NCBI GenBank assembly: GCA_040954595.2
Contig: CM082594.2
Coordinates: forward strand, 1,568,247-1,632,246
Origin: Balanoglossus misakiensis
Taxonomy: Eukaryota > Animalia > Hemichordata
Length of the DNA stretch: 64,000 bases
Direction of reading: 5' to 3'
In this document: in pieces, positions 10,729-23,825 of the stretch
Layout: each line of letters opens with the position of its first letter
Position numbering within the stretch: the first letter of the stretch is position 1
Made by a program: the position numbers and the translations under genes
The notes under the pieces: model-generated
Database searches by the model: none
Told to the model about the DNA's origin: nothing
What the model saw: only the letters and a program-made list of their open reading frames with translations

Positions 10729-13700
10729 ATGGATTTCATTAGATATTACTTTTATTTATTGATAATGGTCTGTCTTACACTTTCAACTTTTAATGTACGA
10801 GGGTGTAAAGATGCGATGAAACGCTATCAAACTTTTGAGTTTTTGAAAAAATTTCAACGTTCGGATGTATTTTTTCTTCAAGAGACTCATTCTGTACCTT
10901 TTGATGAAGACCTCTGGAGACTGATTTGGAGGGGTCATGGTGAATTTTCTCACCTCTCTTCAAATAGCAGTGGTGTTGCAATATTATTTTCACCTGGTTT
11001 AAAAGTTGATATTGTGAGTTCTCGCTCGGTAATTCCGGGTAGACTTCTTCATGTCAAAGCGACAATCAAGGATTTTACTTACAACTTTATTAATATGTAT
11101 GCTTCTGTGGATCATAGTGAACGGCTTAATAATTTTCGTGAGCTGAAAAAGCTCTTGAATGACTTGCAAAATGATGACATTGTTATTGTAGGGGGTGATT
11201 TTAATTGTACCATTAATCCGGGTAAAGATAGATTGAATGGCAAAGAACCTGATCATTTCTCTTCTGATTTACTTTCTAATATCATTCATCGTTTTAAATT
11301 GTGTGATGCCTGGAGACATTTTCACGGTCAAGACACTTTGAACTTTACCTGGAAAAGACAGAGTAGTGCGGCAAGACTTGATCGCTTTTACATACCTAAA
11401 CATCTGTGCAGTAAAATTCAGTCTGTTTCTATTGTTCCTGGGTTTAAGTCTGACCATGATGTTGTCAATTTGGGCATTTCACAATCTAATTTTAAACCAC
11501 GCAGTGCGGTTTGGTGTTTAAACACTGAATTGTTATCAGATGAAGTTTATTGCGAGCTCATTGCTGATTTTTGGGCGAATTGGAAATTGCGTAAAACACT
11601 TTATAGTTCTATTCAAGTGTGGTGGGACATAGGGAAACAAAAGATTAAATTTCTGACCCAGCAGTATTGTACTGAAAGAAAATGGAAGAAAATGAATCTG
11701 AAACGCGACCTGGAGTGTGAATTACGTAACATTGAAAGTATTCACGGGAGAGGCTGTGAAGCGTTGGCCACTTTTGTTGAAAAGAGAAATCTATTGGACA
11801 AGATTATTCATTCGCAGGTGCAAGGCGCTGTTGTTAGGTCAAGGTTCAAACAGCTGAATGAAAGTGACAGTTCTACGTCATTCTTTTATGATCTGGAACG
11901 CCACAAAGGTGTGAAAAAATTCATGACTCATTTGCGTATGATGAATGGTGAGCTCACAGAAAACCCGTCTCAAATTCGTCAATTAGCGAGAGATTTCTTC
12001 TCTGATCTTTACTCTCCAGATGCTGTTTCGATTGAGGCTCAAGATGTTCTTTTAAAAGATTTGCCGACTCTTAATGAAGAAAATGTGCGTGCTCTTGATT
12101 TGCCTCTTTCTTTTGAGGAATTTACGCAATCGCTGACGCTTCTCAATAATAATGCTTCCCCGGGTATTGATGGTCTCCCGGCAGAGTTTTATAAAAAATT
12201 TTGGTCCACTCTTGGCAAAGATTGTTTTGAAGTTTTCACTGCTGCGGTTCAGGATGGTACTCTTCCTTTATCTTGTAGAAGAGCTATTTTAACTTTAATC
12301 CCTAAAACAGGTGACAGTAGCTTATTGAAAAACTGGCGTCCTGTCTCTGTCCTATGTTCGGACTACAAAATTTTAACGAAAGCTTTGTCAATTCGTCTTC
12401 GGACTGTTTTATCAGATATTATTGATATTGATCAAAGTTACTGTGTCCCTGGAAGGCGTATTTCTGATAATATCACCCTTATTCGTGATGTTGTTCAGTA
12501 TGCTAATGATCAGAATAGGACGCTTGGTATTTTGTCGTTGGATCAGGAAAAGGCTTTCGATCGGGTCCATCACAGTTACTTGATTAAGACTTTGCAGGCT
12601 TTTGGTTTTGGTCCAAATTTTATTAGCTATATTAGACTCCTTTACTCTAGCACTGAAAGTCTTTTGAAGCTGAATAATGGGCTTACTGCACCAATCTCTT
12701 TTAATCGCGGTATCCGGCAGGGGTGCTCTTTGTCGGGCCAGTTGTACTCAATCTGCATTGAGCCTTTTCTACATAAAGTTCGTACTCAGAGTAACATGCG
12801 TGGTTTTGAACTTCCAAACTCCAATAGGAAGCGTTGTCACTTATCGGCGTATGCAGACGATATTAGCTTTCTGATGAGTCATGATGACGACTTTATGAAT
12901 TTACAGCATTGGATTAACATTTATGAAAGAGCTTCTAATGCGATGATTAATTATTTTAAATCTAAGGGCTTGTGGTGTGGTAGATGGAAAGGGCGGGGTG
13001 ACTCTCCTTTAAATATCAAATGGTCTTCCAGTGGGTTAAAATTGTTAGGTGTTTTTATCGGGAACGAGGCTGCCTATGCTGTTAAGAATTGGGAGGACAT
13101 GAGTCGGATGATTGATGCTAAACTGAATGAGTGGAAGCGGTTTGCAACTGCGTTATCGTATCAAGGCCGTGTTTTGGTCATTAATCAGTTGGCCGCTACA
13201 AAGATTCTTCATCGTTTAGCAGTTATTTCACTTCCTAAAGATCTTATTGATGCTCTTCAGCAGAAATTTCTTAACTTTTTGTGGCAAGGTCGTCATTGGG
13301 TTGCTAGGGAAACTGTGTATCTACCCGTTAAAAAGGGTGGGCAGGGTCTTATTCATCTCCAGTCTCGCTTAAATGCTTTTAGGTTACAGCACCTTCAACG
13401 ATATTTATATGGGAATGAGAAACATCCTTGTTATTTTTTCTTTGACTATTATCTTGGCAATATCGAAGATCTACATTATGACAAACAACTTTTTTGTGTC
13501 GGTTTAAAAGATTTGAGAGTTAATACTTTTATGCCAAACTTCTATCATGATGTGTGGAGGGTGATTAATTCGAGATCCTTGGTTATTAGACGTGATGGAA
13601 AACCCTTTACCATTGAAGGTGTTTTAAATGAGCCGCTGTTTTTGAACAAGTTAATAATTAACCCGAGCACGGGTCATTATTTTCCCATTGATCAGTTTGC

Positions 13701-14655
13701 TTGTGGGGGTCTGACAAAGGTTGTTGACCTTATAAATTTAAATGATCGCAAGTGGAAAACTATTCATGAACTTGAATGTGTGCTTTCTATTCGTTCCCAA
13801 CGTATTATTGCTTCTAAACTGCATTTATTTACAGAAGCAATTTTAAAGAGTTTTGGTACCATAATTAGCAACTTTTTTGATATTTGTACTTGTAGTCCCA
13901 TTATTCAGGAGGCACTGAACAATCCATTGTATCACTATACCCTCAGCACTTCACTTGCTGAAAAAGGCGATGATATTCAGACTTGTCTTTACAAACTTGA
14001 AAAAGGAGCTATTTATACCTTTCTTATTGATAATCTTTATGAGACTAGCGAGGGTTCTTCAAAATTCCCGACTGAATTGTTGTGTAATCCAGCTACTGTG
14101 AAGCCCAACTATGGCATAATCTATGATAGACCTATATACAAAAAAGAGGGTGACATACAGTGGCGTTTCCTCCACGGTGCTATTTCTACAGGTGTCTATT
14201 TGCATTCGGCTGGTTATATAGACAGCGCGAATTGCCCGTTTTGTAGTAATCATATTGACACCATTAGGCATATGTTCGTTGATTGCCAGCGGTTGCATAA
14301 CTTTCTTATTTTTATTCGTGGCATTGTTGAGAAAATCTGTGGCCTAGACACCATTCCTCAGAATTGGTACATTATTGGCCCTCCATACAGTAAGGGCAAA
14401 AAATCAGCTATGCGCCTTGCAAACTTTATTTTCATAACTACCAAGTTAGTTATTCACATTTCTCACTATAACAAGATTAAAAATAAGTCCAGTTGCGATA
14501 TATTTGATTTGTTTAGGAAGCGTGTGAAGTCGCGCTTAATGGTTGAGTATCAGTACTGCAATTTCACTAGTAATTTGACCTACTTTGAAACGTTTTGGGC
14601 AATGAACTCAGCCTTGTGTACTGTAAGAGATAATGAACTTATTTTCTGTATATAG
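10729..14655 (+). CDS. Tx1-type ORF2: APE endonuclease, reverse transcriptase and C-terminal zinc finger
   Basis: FNVRG, LQETH, GGDFN, RLDRFY and SDH (endonuclease); SPGIDG, NWRPVS, LDQEKAFD, GIRQGCSLS and AYADD (RT); CPFC..DTIRHMFVDC. Uninterrupted 1308 aa. Confidence 0.97.
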   Translation: MDFIRYYFYLLIMVCLTLSTFNVRGCKDAMKRYQTFEFLKKFQRSDVFFLQETHSVPFDEDLWRLIWRGHGEFSHLSSNSSGVAILFSPGLKVDIVSSRSVIPGRLLHVKATIKDFTYNFINMYASVDHSERLNNFRELKKLLNDLQNDDIVIVGGDFNCTINPGKDRLNGKEPDHFSSDLLSNIIHRFKLCDAWRHFHGQDTLNFTWKRQSSAARLDRFYIPKHLCSKIQSVSIVPGFKSDHDVVNLGISQSNFKPRSAVWCLNTELLSDEVYCELIADFWANWKLRKTLYSSIQVWWDIGKQKIKFLTQQYCTERKWKKMNLKRDLECELRNIESIHGRGCEALATFVEKRNLLDKIIHSQVQGAVVRSRFKQLNESDSSTSFFYDLERHKGVKKFMTHLRMMNGELTENPSQIRQLARDFFSDLYSPDAVSIEAQDVLLKDLPTLNEENVRALDLPLSFEEFTQSLTLLNNNASPGIDGLPAEFYKKFWSTLGKDCFEVFTAAVQDGTLPLSCRRAILTLIPKTGDSSLLKNWRPVSVLCSDYKILTKALSIRLRTVLSDIIDIDQSYCVPGRRISDNITLIRDVVQYANDQNRTLGILSLDQEKAFDRVHHSYLIKTLQAFGFGPNFISYIRLLYSSTESLLKLNNGLTAPISFNRGIRQGCSLSGQLYSICIEPFLHKVRTQSNMRGFELPNSNRKRCHLSAYADDISFLMSHDDDFMNLQHWINIYERASNAMINYFKSKGLWCGRWKGRGDSPLNIKWSSSGLKLLGVFIGNEAAYAVKNWEDMSRMIDAKLNEWKRFATALSYQGRVLVINQLAATKILHRLAVISLPKDLIDALQQKFLNFLWQGRHWVARETVYLPVKKGGQGLIHLQSRLNAFRLQHLQRYLYGNEKHPCYFFFDYYLGNIEDLHYDKQLFCVGLKDLRVNTFMPNFYHDVWRVINSRSLVIRRDGKPFTIEGVLNEPLFLNKLIINPSTGHYFPIDQFACGGLTKVVDLINLNDRKWKTIHELECVLSIRSQRIIASKLHLFTEAILKSFGTIISNFFDICTCSPIIQEALNNPLYHYTLSTSLAEKGDDIQTCLYKLEKGAIYTFLIDNLYETSEGSSKFPTELLCNPATVKPNYGIIYDRPIYKKEGDIQWRFLHGAISTGVYLHSAGYIDSANCPFCSNHIDTIRHMFVDCQRLHNFLIFIRGIVEKICGLDTIPQNWYIIGPPYSKGKKSAMRLANFIFITTKLVIHISHYNKIKNKSSCDIFDLFRKRVKSRLMVEYQYCNFTSNLTYFETFWAMNSALCTVRDNELIFCI

Positions 14656-14872
14656 AATTTGTATAATCAGACTTGTATATCAGACTGTTAGGTTTTTTAT
14701 AGAAAAAGGGCTTTTAACCTAACATATGGCAAGCACTAGACAATGAACATTTTTTCACTGTGTATATGTATAGATTTTATTTCTGTTGATTTACTTTCAC
14801 CTGTAACTGTACATATATTTTTATAGCTTTATAATTTGGTAAAGTTATATTAAATGGTGCTTGAAAATCAAA

Positions 14873-17800
14873 TCTTCTTCTTCTTCTTCTTGTGTCGTTT
14901 TTTTGTCCAGCTAGATCTTGAAAACGGCTGAACCTACAAATCTCACATTTGGCACAATGGTGCAGGCCTATGAGAGCTTGTGCAGTACCCTTGTGAATGT
15001 GTAATTAGTCATGTGACCTGATGACCATATATGGGCAAAATTTTCAATTTGGCCTAATTTGCATATGAATGGAGATATCAAAATTCTGTTCAGATGCTTT
15101 GTGGACCATATGGCCAGGGTTCTACATGCTAAATGTCAAGGCCATAAGCCATGTCAATTTTGAGAAGAAGATTTTTAAGTATTATTTTCCATATTTTTCG
15201 CCCAAGCCATGGGCCTATACTTTACATAATTAAGCTATGACCACAGATTATTTTGGATAAATATACATACATCTCTCAAAATCTGTTCGGCCGATCAATT
15301 CCAAAGTTGCTGTGCAGCTAGCCTAGCGTTTGTTAATCATTTTAAGCGAAAAAAAAAATAATATGAAAAATCAACCGATTTTTTTATATTAATTAGGGCA
15401 CAAGCCAAGCAGGCTTGTGCCCTATTGGTATTACTGGGTTTTTTCTTCTTTTTTTTTTTCTTGTGTCGTTTTTTTGCCCAACAGGATCTTGAAAACGGCT
15501 GAACCTACAAATCTCAAACTTGGCACAGTGGTGCAGGCCTATGAGAGCTGGTGCTGTACCCTCGTGAATGTTTAATAAGTCATGTGACCTGATGACCATA
15601 TATGGGCAAAGTTTTCAAATGGGCCTAATTTGCATATGAATGGAGATATCAAAATTCTTTTAACGATTGTTGCAGACCATGTGGTCAGTGTCCTACATGC
15701 CAAATGTCAAGGCCGTGGGTCAAGTTTATTTTGAGAAGAAGATTTTTTTCTTTTTCATATTTTTGGACCCAGCCATAGGCCTATACTTTCTATAGTTAAG
15801 CTATCACGCTATGTCCACGTTGGCTGTGCAATGGTCCTGTACAGTGACTCTCTATTGGCCCGTGAGCAGAATGGGACCACAATAAAAGGCAAAATTTTGG
15901 GCTCACCTGTAACACCTGCTTAACTCATTAATTATGTGCATACCTAATTCCAGGCTAACTAATAAAGCTAGAGGTTTTGTTCTTGTGGGACATGGATCAG
16001 TATGGCATCAAAAATGTTTGCCCAAATTTTGGGTGACCTTTGACCTACTTTCCTATATCTCGGCATCCACAGCAGGTACTGACTTGGCGTTTGGAGGGTT
16101 ATGACTAAAATTGAAAAAACAAAATTAGGGGTCACCCGTGACACCTGCTTATCTCATTAATTATGTGCATACCTAATTCCAGGCTAGCCAATAGGGCTAG
16201 AGGTTTGATTTTTGTTGAACATGGACCAGTATGGGGTTAAAATTTCTTGCCCAATTTTGGGTGACCTCGGGTGACCTTTGACCTACTTTACCATATCTCG
16301 GCAACCAGCGCAGATACAGCCTTGGCATTTGGAGGCATGGAACTCCTAATGAAGCCTTATACTTTACCCCATTAATTATGTGCATATCTAATTCTAGGCG
16401 AACCAATAGGGTTAGAGGCCTGATTTTTGTTGGACCTGGACTGGTATGGGGTCAAAATTTTTTGCTAAACTTTCGGATGGCCTCAGGTGACCTTTGACCT
16501 ACTTTCCTATATCTCGGCATCCGGAACAGGTACAGCATTTGTGTTTGGATGGATCGAACTATTGATAGAGTCTTACACTTTACATCATTAATTATGCACA
16601 TATCTAATTTCAGACAAACCAATAGGGCTAGAGGTCTGGTTTCTGTTGGACCTGGACTAGTATGGGGGTCAAAACTTTTTGCCCAATTTTTGGGTGACCA
16701 CATATGACCTTTGACCTTCGGCTTAAGCTTGTGCCCGTCATCGCTGCTTGCAGCTATATTCATCTTTTTTTTTTTCTTGTGTAGTTTTTTTGCTCAGGTA
16801 GATCTTGAAAACGGCTGAACCTACAAATCTCAAACTTGGCACAATGGTGCAGGCCTATGAGAGCTGGTGCAGTATCCCTGTGAATGTTTAATTAGTCATG
16901 TGGCTTGATGACCATATATGGGCAAAGTTTTCAAATGAGGCCTAATTTGCATATGAATAGAGATATCGAAATTCTTTTAGCAAATTTTGTGGACCATGTG
17001 ATCAGTGTCCTACATGCCAAATATCAAGGCCGTGGGCCAAGTCTATTTTGAGAAGAAGACTTGTAAATATTAGTAGTTTTTCATATTTTTGGACCCAGCC
17101 ATGGGCCTATACTTTCTATAGTTAAGCTATGACGCCATGTACACGTCTGTGCAATGGTCCTGTACAGTGACTGCCTACTGGCCCGTGAGCAGAATGGGAC
17201 CACATTAAAAGGCAAAATTTCGGGCTCACCTGTAACACCTGCTAAACTCATTAATTATGTGCATACCTAATTCCAGGCTAACTAATAGGGCTAGAGGTTT
17301 CGTTCTTTTTGGTCATGGACCAGTATGGGGTTAAAAAAATTTGCCCAAATTCTGGGTGACCTCAGGTGACCTTTGACCTACTTTCCTATATCTCCGCATC
17401 GAGAGCAGTTACAGACTTGGCGTTTGGAGGGTTGGGACTATAATTGAAAAGCCAAAATTGGGGGTCACCTGTGACACCTGCTTATCTCATTAATTATGTG
17501 CATACCTAATTCCAGGCTAACCGATAGGGCTAGAGGTTTTGTTCTTGTGGGACATGGACCAGTATGAGGTTAAAAAATTTGCCCAAATTTTGGGTGACCT
17601 CAGGTGACCTTTGACCTACTGTCCTATATCTCCGCATCAATAGCAGGTACAGACTTGGCGTTTGGAGGGTTGGGACTATAATTGAAAAGCCAAATTTGGG
17701 GGTCACCTGTGACACCTGCTTATCTCATTAATTATGTGCATACCTAATTCCAGGCTAACCAATAGGGTTAGAGGTTTGATTTTTGTTGAACATGGACCAG

Positions 17801-20800
17801 TATAGGCTCAAAATTTCTTGCCCAAATTTTGCATGACCTCAGGTGACCTTTGACCTAATTTACCATATCTTGGCAACCAGAGCAGGCAAAGACTTGGCGT
17901 TTGGAGGGTTGGGACTAAAATTGAAAAGCCAAAATTTGGGGTCACCAGTGACACCTGCATATCTCATTAATTATGTGCATACCTAATTCCAGGCTAACCA
18001 ATAGGGCTAGAGGTTTTGTTCTTGTGGGAAATGGATCAGTATGGGGTCAAAAATTTTGCCCAAATTTTGGGTGACCTCAGGTGACCTTTGACCTACTTTG
18101 CTATATCTTGGCATCAAGAACAGGTACAGCATTTGTGTTTGGATGGATCGAACTATTAATGGAGTCTTACACTTTACATCATTAATTATGTGCATATCTA
18201 ATTTCAGACAAACCAATAGGGCTAGAGGTCAGGTTTCTGTTGGACCTGGACTAGTATGGGGGTCAAAACTTTTTGCCCAAATTTTGGGTGACCACATATG
18301 ACCTTTGACCTTCGGCTTAAGCTTGTGCCCGTCATCGCTGCTTGCAGCTATATTTTTTTTATTAAATTTATACCTTTACTTATACCTCCATAGTTAAGCT
18401 ATGTCCACTTCTTATTGTGGAATTCTGGTCTGTGCAATGGTCCTGTAAAGTGACTGTCTATTGGCCAGTAAGCAGAATGGGACCAAAATAAAATGCAAAA
18501 TTTTGGGCTCACCTGTGACACCTGCATATCTCATTAATTATGTCCATACCTAATTCCAGGCTAACCAATAGGGCTATAGGTTTGGTTTTTGTTGAACATG
18601 GGCCAGTATAGGGTCAAAATTTCTTGCCTAAATTTTGCATGACCTCAGGTGACCTTTGACCTACTTTACCATATCTTGGTATCCAGAGCAGGTACAAACT
18701 TGGCGTTTGGAGGGTTAGGACTGAAAGTGAAAAGCCAAAATTTGGGGTCACCTGTGACACCTGCATATCTCATTAATTATGTGCATACCTAATTCCAGGC
18801 TAACCAATAGGGCTATAGGTTTGGTTTTTGTTGAACATGGACCAGTATACGGTAAAAATTTCTTGCCCAAATATAACATGACCTCAGTTGACCTTCGACC
18901 TACTTTACCATATATTGGCATCAAGAGCAGATATGCTTATTCCTATGTTGCTATGTGCATGTTGGCTTGGGCCCGCTATTGCTGCTTGCAGCTATATTTT
19001 TTACTGGAGTTTTTCTTTTTCTTCTTCTTCTGTCGTTTTTTTTGTCAGCTAGATCTGAAAAACGGCTAAACCTACCAATTTCAAACTTGGCACAATGGTG
19101 CAGGCCAATGAGAGCTGGTGCAGTACCCTTGTGAATGTTTAATTAGTCACGTGACCTGATGACCATATATGGGCAAAATTTTCAAATCGGCCTTATTTGC
19201 ATATGAATGGAGATATCAAAATTCTGTTAACATACTTTGTGGACCATATGGCCTGGGTTCTATATGCCAAATATCAAGGCCATTGGCCATGCCAATTTAG
19301 AGAAGAAGATTTTTAAGTATTATTTTTCATATTTTTCGACCAAGCCAAGTGCCTATACTTTCCATAGTTAAGCTATGACCACATATTATTTTGGATATAT
19401 ATGCAAAAATATCTCAAAATCTGTTGGGCCGATTAAGTTCAAATTTGGTGTGCAGCTAGCCTACCTTCTGTCAATCATTTTAAGCAAAAAAAAATCCCAG
19501 CTGAAATCGACCAATTTTTTTATATGAATTTTTTTATGAAAACTGAACCAATTCTCATACATGTACCTCTATAGTAAAGCTATGGCCACCTGGGATATTG
19601 GATTCATGCCCATTATCTCAAAATCAGCCCGGCTGATCAAGTTCAAATTTAGTGTGCAGGTACCCTACTTTCCGACAATCATTTTAAGCGAAAAATAATA
19701 ATATGGAAAATCGACCGATTTTTTTATATTAATTTTTCTTTTAAATTTATACCTTTAGGCTACTTATGCCTCTATAGTTAAGCTATGTACATGTCTTATT
19801 GGGGAATTCTGGTCTGAGCAATGGTCCTGTACAGTGACTGTCTATTGGCCAGTGAACAGAATGGGACCAAAATAAAAGGCAAAATTTCGGGCTCACCTGT
19901 AACACCTGCTTACCTCATTAATTATGTGCATACCTAATTACGGGCTAACTAATAGGGCTAGAGGTTTTGATCTGGTGGGACATGGACTAGTATGGGGTCA
20001 AACATTTTTGCCCAAATTTTGGTGACCTCAGGTGACCTTTGACCTACTTTACCATAGCTCGGCATCGAGAGCAGGTACAGACTTGGCGCTTGTAGGGTTG
20101 GGACTAAAATTGAAAAGCCAAAATGGGGGTCACCTGTGACACCTGCATATCTCATTAATTATGTGCATACCTAATTCCAGGCTAACCAATAGGGCTAGAG
20201 GTTTTGTTCTTGTGGGACATGGATCAGTATGGAGTCAAAAATTTTGCCCAAATTTTGGGTGACCTCAGGTGACCTTTGACCTACTTTGCTATATCTTGGC
20301 ATCCAGCGCAGATACAGCCTTGGCATTTGGAGGCATGGAACTCCTAATGGAGCCTTATACTTTACCTCATTAATTATGTGCATATCTAATTCTAGGCGAA
20401 CCAATAGGGCTAGAGGTCTGGTTTTTGTTGGACCTGGACTAGAATGGGGTCAAAATTTTTTGCCCAAATTTTGGGTGACCACATATGACCTTTGACCTTC
20501 GGCTTAAGCTTGTGCCCATCATCGCTGCTTGCATCCTCTTCTTTTTCTTGTGTAGTTTTTTTGCCCAATAGGATCTTGAAAACGGCTGAACCTACAAATC
20601 TCAAACTTGGCACAGTGATGCAGGCCTATGAGAGCTGGTGCAGTACCCTCGTGAATGTTTAATAAGTCATGTGACCTGATGACCATATATGGGCAAAGTT
20701 TTCAAATGGGCCTAATTTGCATATGAATGGAGATATCAAAATTCTTTTAGCAATTTTTGCGGACCATGTGGTCAGTGTCCTACATGCCAAATGTCAAGGC

Positions 20801-21458
20801 CGTGGGCCAAGTCTATTTTGAGAAGAAGATTATTAAATATTATTTGACATATTTGTGGACCCAGCCATAGGCCTATACTTTCTATAGTTAAGCCTTGACG
20901 CTATGTCCACGTCTGTGCAATTGTCCTGTACAGTGACAGTCTAGTGGCCCGTGAGCTGAATGGGCTCACCTGTAACACCTGCTTAACTCATTAATTATGT
21001 GCATACCTAATTCCGGGCTATCTATTAGGGTTAGAGGTTTTGTTCTTGTGGGACATGGACCAGTATGGGATCAAAAATTTTTGTCCAAATTTTGGGTGAC
21101 CTCAGGTGACCTTTGACTTACTTTCCTATATCTCGGCATCCACAGCAGGTACAGACTTGGCGTTTGGAGGGTTGTGACTAAAATTGAAAAGACAAAATTG
21201 GGGGTCACCTGTGACACCTGCTTGTCTCATTAATTATGTGCATACCTAATTCCAGGCTAACCAATAGGGCTAGAGGTTTGATTTTTGTTGAACATGGACC
21301 AGTATGGGGTTAAAATATCTTGCCCAATTTTGGGTGACCTCAGGTGACCTTTGACCTACTTTACCATATCTCGGCAACCCATGCAGATACAGCCTTGGCA
21401 TTTGGAGGCATGGAACTCCTAATGGAGCCTTATACTTTACCTCATTAATTATGTGCAT
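14873..21458 (+). repeat. Helentron/HINE-like modular elements in tandem with internal ~240-bp satellite arrays; resumes at 29248-29410
   Basis: Repeated module: TTC/T tract, GATCTTGAAAACGGCTGAACC, several satellite units (ATTAATTATGTGCATACCTAATTCC...GGTGACCTTTGACCTA), then the end motif GCCCGTCATCGCTGCTTGCAGCTATATT at ~16760, 18355, 19000 and 29410. 5' hairpin at 15394-15424. Confidence 0.75.
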
Positions 21459-23020
21459 GATGAGTCATTCCACAGTAAAGTGCAACTTTTTAAACTCAAT
21501 GTTTAACACCTTTATATTCCTAAATCTATGCATGTCTTAAACATAATTCTTCTTTGTATGATTGAAACATTGTCCCAGCTGACAAAAAAAATAATATGAA
21601 TGATGTGTGTTGAGCGCTTCAATAAATATTTTTTTTTTAACTCTGTGTGGTGGGCTTATTTCATGCAGCAATTTGTGACATTCATGAATTACATTTATAT
21701 GAAGTTATTTTTGCTCAAAGTGAAATACATTGCATTCCTATGGGCAAGCTATTATCTTTGAGACATTATGGGGCTTTCTCATACACAAATGATCGGCACA
21801 AAAATTTTACGAGAAAGGGCCATTTTTTTCACCCCCCAAAAATCGGAACGTTCGTAACCACGTCTGTCAATCATCCTGGGGTTTTGAGGAAACGAGTAAC
21901 ACACTCTCTGATGCACAACAGCAACGTTTTACCCATGGTGCAGTTGGCATGTAAGGGCGACTTCTCGGTGATAATGATCAAATCTTGAATGATTGTGAAG
22001 TATGGGTTTTTCTTTTGAGTAAAAAAATGTCATCGAAGTTCTGTCAAACATGTTACGAACGTTCCTGACCACTTTTTACACAAAAATGAAAAAAATCTCG
22101 CAGCATTTTTCAAACGTTGGTCCCTCTCGATGAGGGCAGTCTACTACCCTGTGCACTGTACACCGAATGGAATCATCCGACGCTTTGCTTGTCTACCGGG
22201 AGGATGTGATGACTTTCTGTCAATTTTGTTACGTCCGTTCTGGCGTTACGAACGGGTAAGTTTTTATATATTTTTTTCAAAAATGAGCAGTTTTATGTAT
22301 ATTTTGGTTGTGGTCTAAAATAATCAATTAATTTGAAGTTTTTCTGTCAAGTCTCGTGAAATTTCCGATACGTTACGCAGGCGTTCGAATTGTATGTTGA
22401 TTGTTGTTGACAGATTTGCGTGTACAGAAATTACCACGATCGTAATCAAGGACAGATACCCGTAATCCGTCAATGGTGACGTGCGTTCTTTCAGTTTTCG
22501 GGCAGGATAGATGATGATCAGGGATAGACACTTACGGTTGAAAGTCACGTTCATTCAAGTCAAACTCTAATGCCCGTTTCTACGTCCGTGCCCGACGGGA
22601 CAAGTGAAGAAAAATCATAATAGAGTAATTTTCTACCGGCCCTGAAAGTCTACCTTTGCCCTCCCTTTTTTTCTTCTGGGAAATAGCATAAAAATACGAA
22701 ATCGGCCTGGTATTATCCAATCAGAATATTCAGATTCAATGCTTACTATATGTTACTATGATGTTGAATTTACATTTGATTAACAGGGGAGGGGGGCTAT
22801 GTGGTTTTATATTTTCATAAGGGGGGGGGGGTCATCATGTTTTGGGAGGTTTATGTGAGTGTGTGGGTTTTTTTCTGTCTTTTTATTTTCTTCGTGGTTT
22901 TGACTGTGATGCTGTAAGAATTTACCAACTGAACAAACATAAATGTCATTACATCAAAGATCAACTACAATTTTTTTAGTGTGCATCCTGTAATATATAG
23001 TCCTCCATTTTTCTTTTAAG

Positions 23021-23788
23021 GGACAATTAACTGGTTTTGGAGCATCTTGACAGCTACCGCAGCTACTGTAGATTTGATGTTGATGTCACTGCCTTACGTG
23101 GTGTTGAGGAAAGTGCTACAGTATTTGACTATAACAGAGCTGTTACGGTCTGTGTCTCTGTTGCAAACAACTTCACAAATTTGTAAAATCTGAGAGTGCT
23201 CCTTGGAAAAATGTTGACTGCAGTGGTCACACATGTACAATAGATGCACAACAGATGCAAGACATTTTGCAACACTCTATGCAGTTCCGGACTTTTTCCA
23301 TACCTTATGCAGAGATTCACTTATCAATATTTGACATTGATTCACTTTTTCGTGGGTATTTCTCTCACTCACACCATATCACTTACCTGGACCTGACCGG
23401 CTGTAAATTGTCAACACTTGGGTTTCTCACTTACCTTCCTTATCTTAGGATTTTGTGTCTGTCAGAATGCACTAATCTTTTCCTTCACCAAGAGGATGCA
23501 ATCTTAATTGCACGTTGTAAGTGTCTGGAACACCTACATATTGGGTTCACCAATGTCTCTCCTGGTGGTGTAGTTAGCATAGTATGTGACTTACCTTTGC
23601 TGTTGGACTTGGATGCACGTGGTATTAAATTCAGGCTTGATGATATACTTACAATACTGAATAGTGCTTACCAAAGACTTGAATATTTCATGCTCTCATT
23701 GGATCCTGATGATGTCACCTTGGATGAGTTTGACACCTTAATTGTGGATATATTTCAAGATTGTGTTATCAGTGTTTACACAAATTGA
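23021..23788 (+). pseudogene. F-box/LRR protein gene inside the Sola2-like element; one frameshift at ~23161
   Basis: LMSLPYVVLRKVLQYLTITELLRSVSL / CKQLHKFVKSESAPWKNVD forms an F-box across the frameshift. It continues in frame into LRRs ITYLDLTGC, LRILCLSEC, LEHLHIGFT and LLDLDARG. Candidate acceptor TTTTCTTTTAAG at 23020. Confidence 0.8.
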
Positions 23789-23825
23789 CGTACTGTAAAA
23801 TGGCACTCCTCAAGATGAAGCTCAG

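Larger units (their letters stand above)
8956..14872 (+). mobile_element. Full-length Tx1-clade (L1 group) non-LTR retrotransposon inserted in (TTC)n, Koshi-like
   Basis: (TTC)n on both sides (8926-8955 and 14873-14891), two intact ORFs, 3' UTR with ATTAAA and an AAAATCAAAT tail. Confidence 0.92.

Noticed and set aside
15393-21458. Family of similar 60-100 aa ORFs (also 5397-5951 and 7947-8903)
   Set aside because: Translations of tandem-repeat units with inconsistent frames and no protein motifs.
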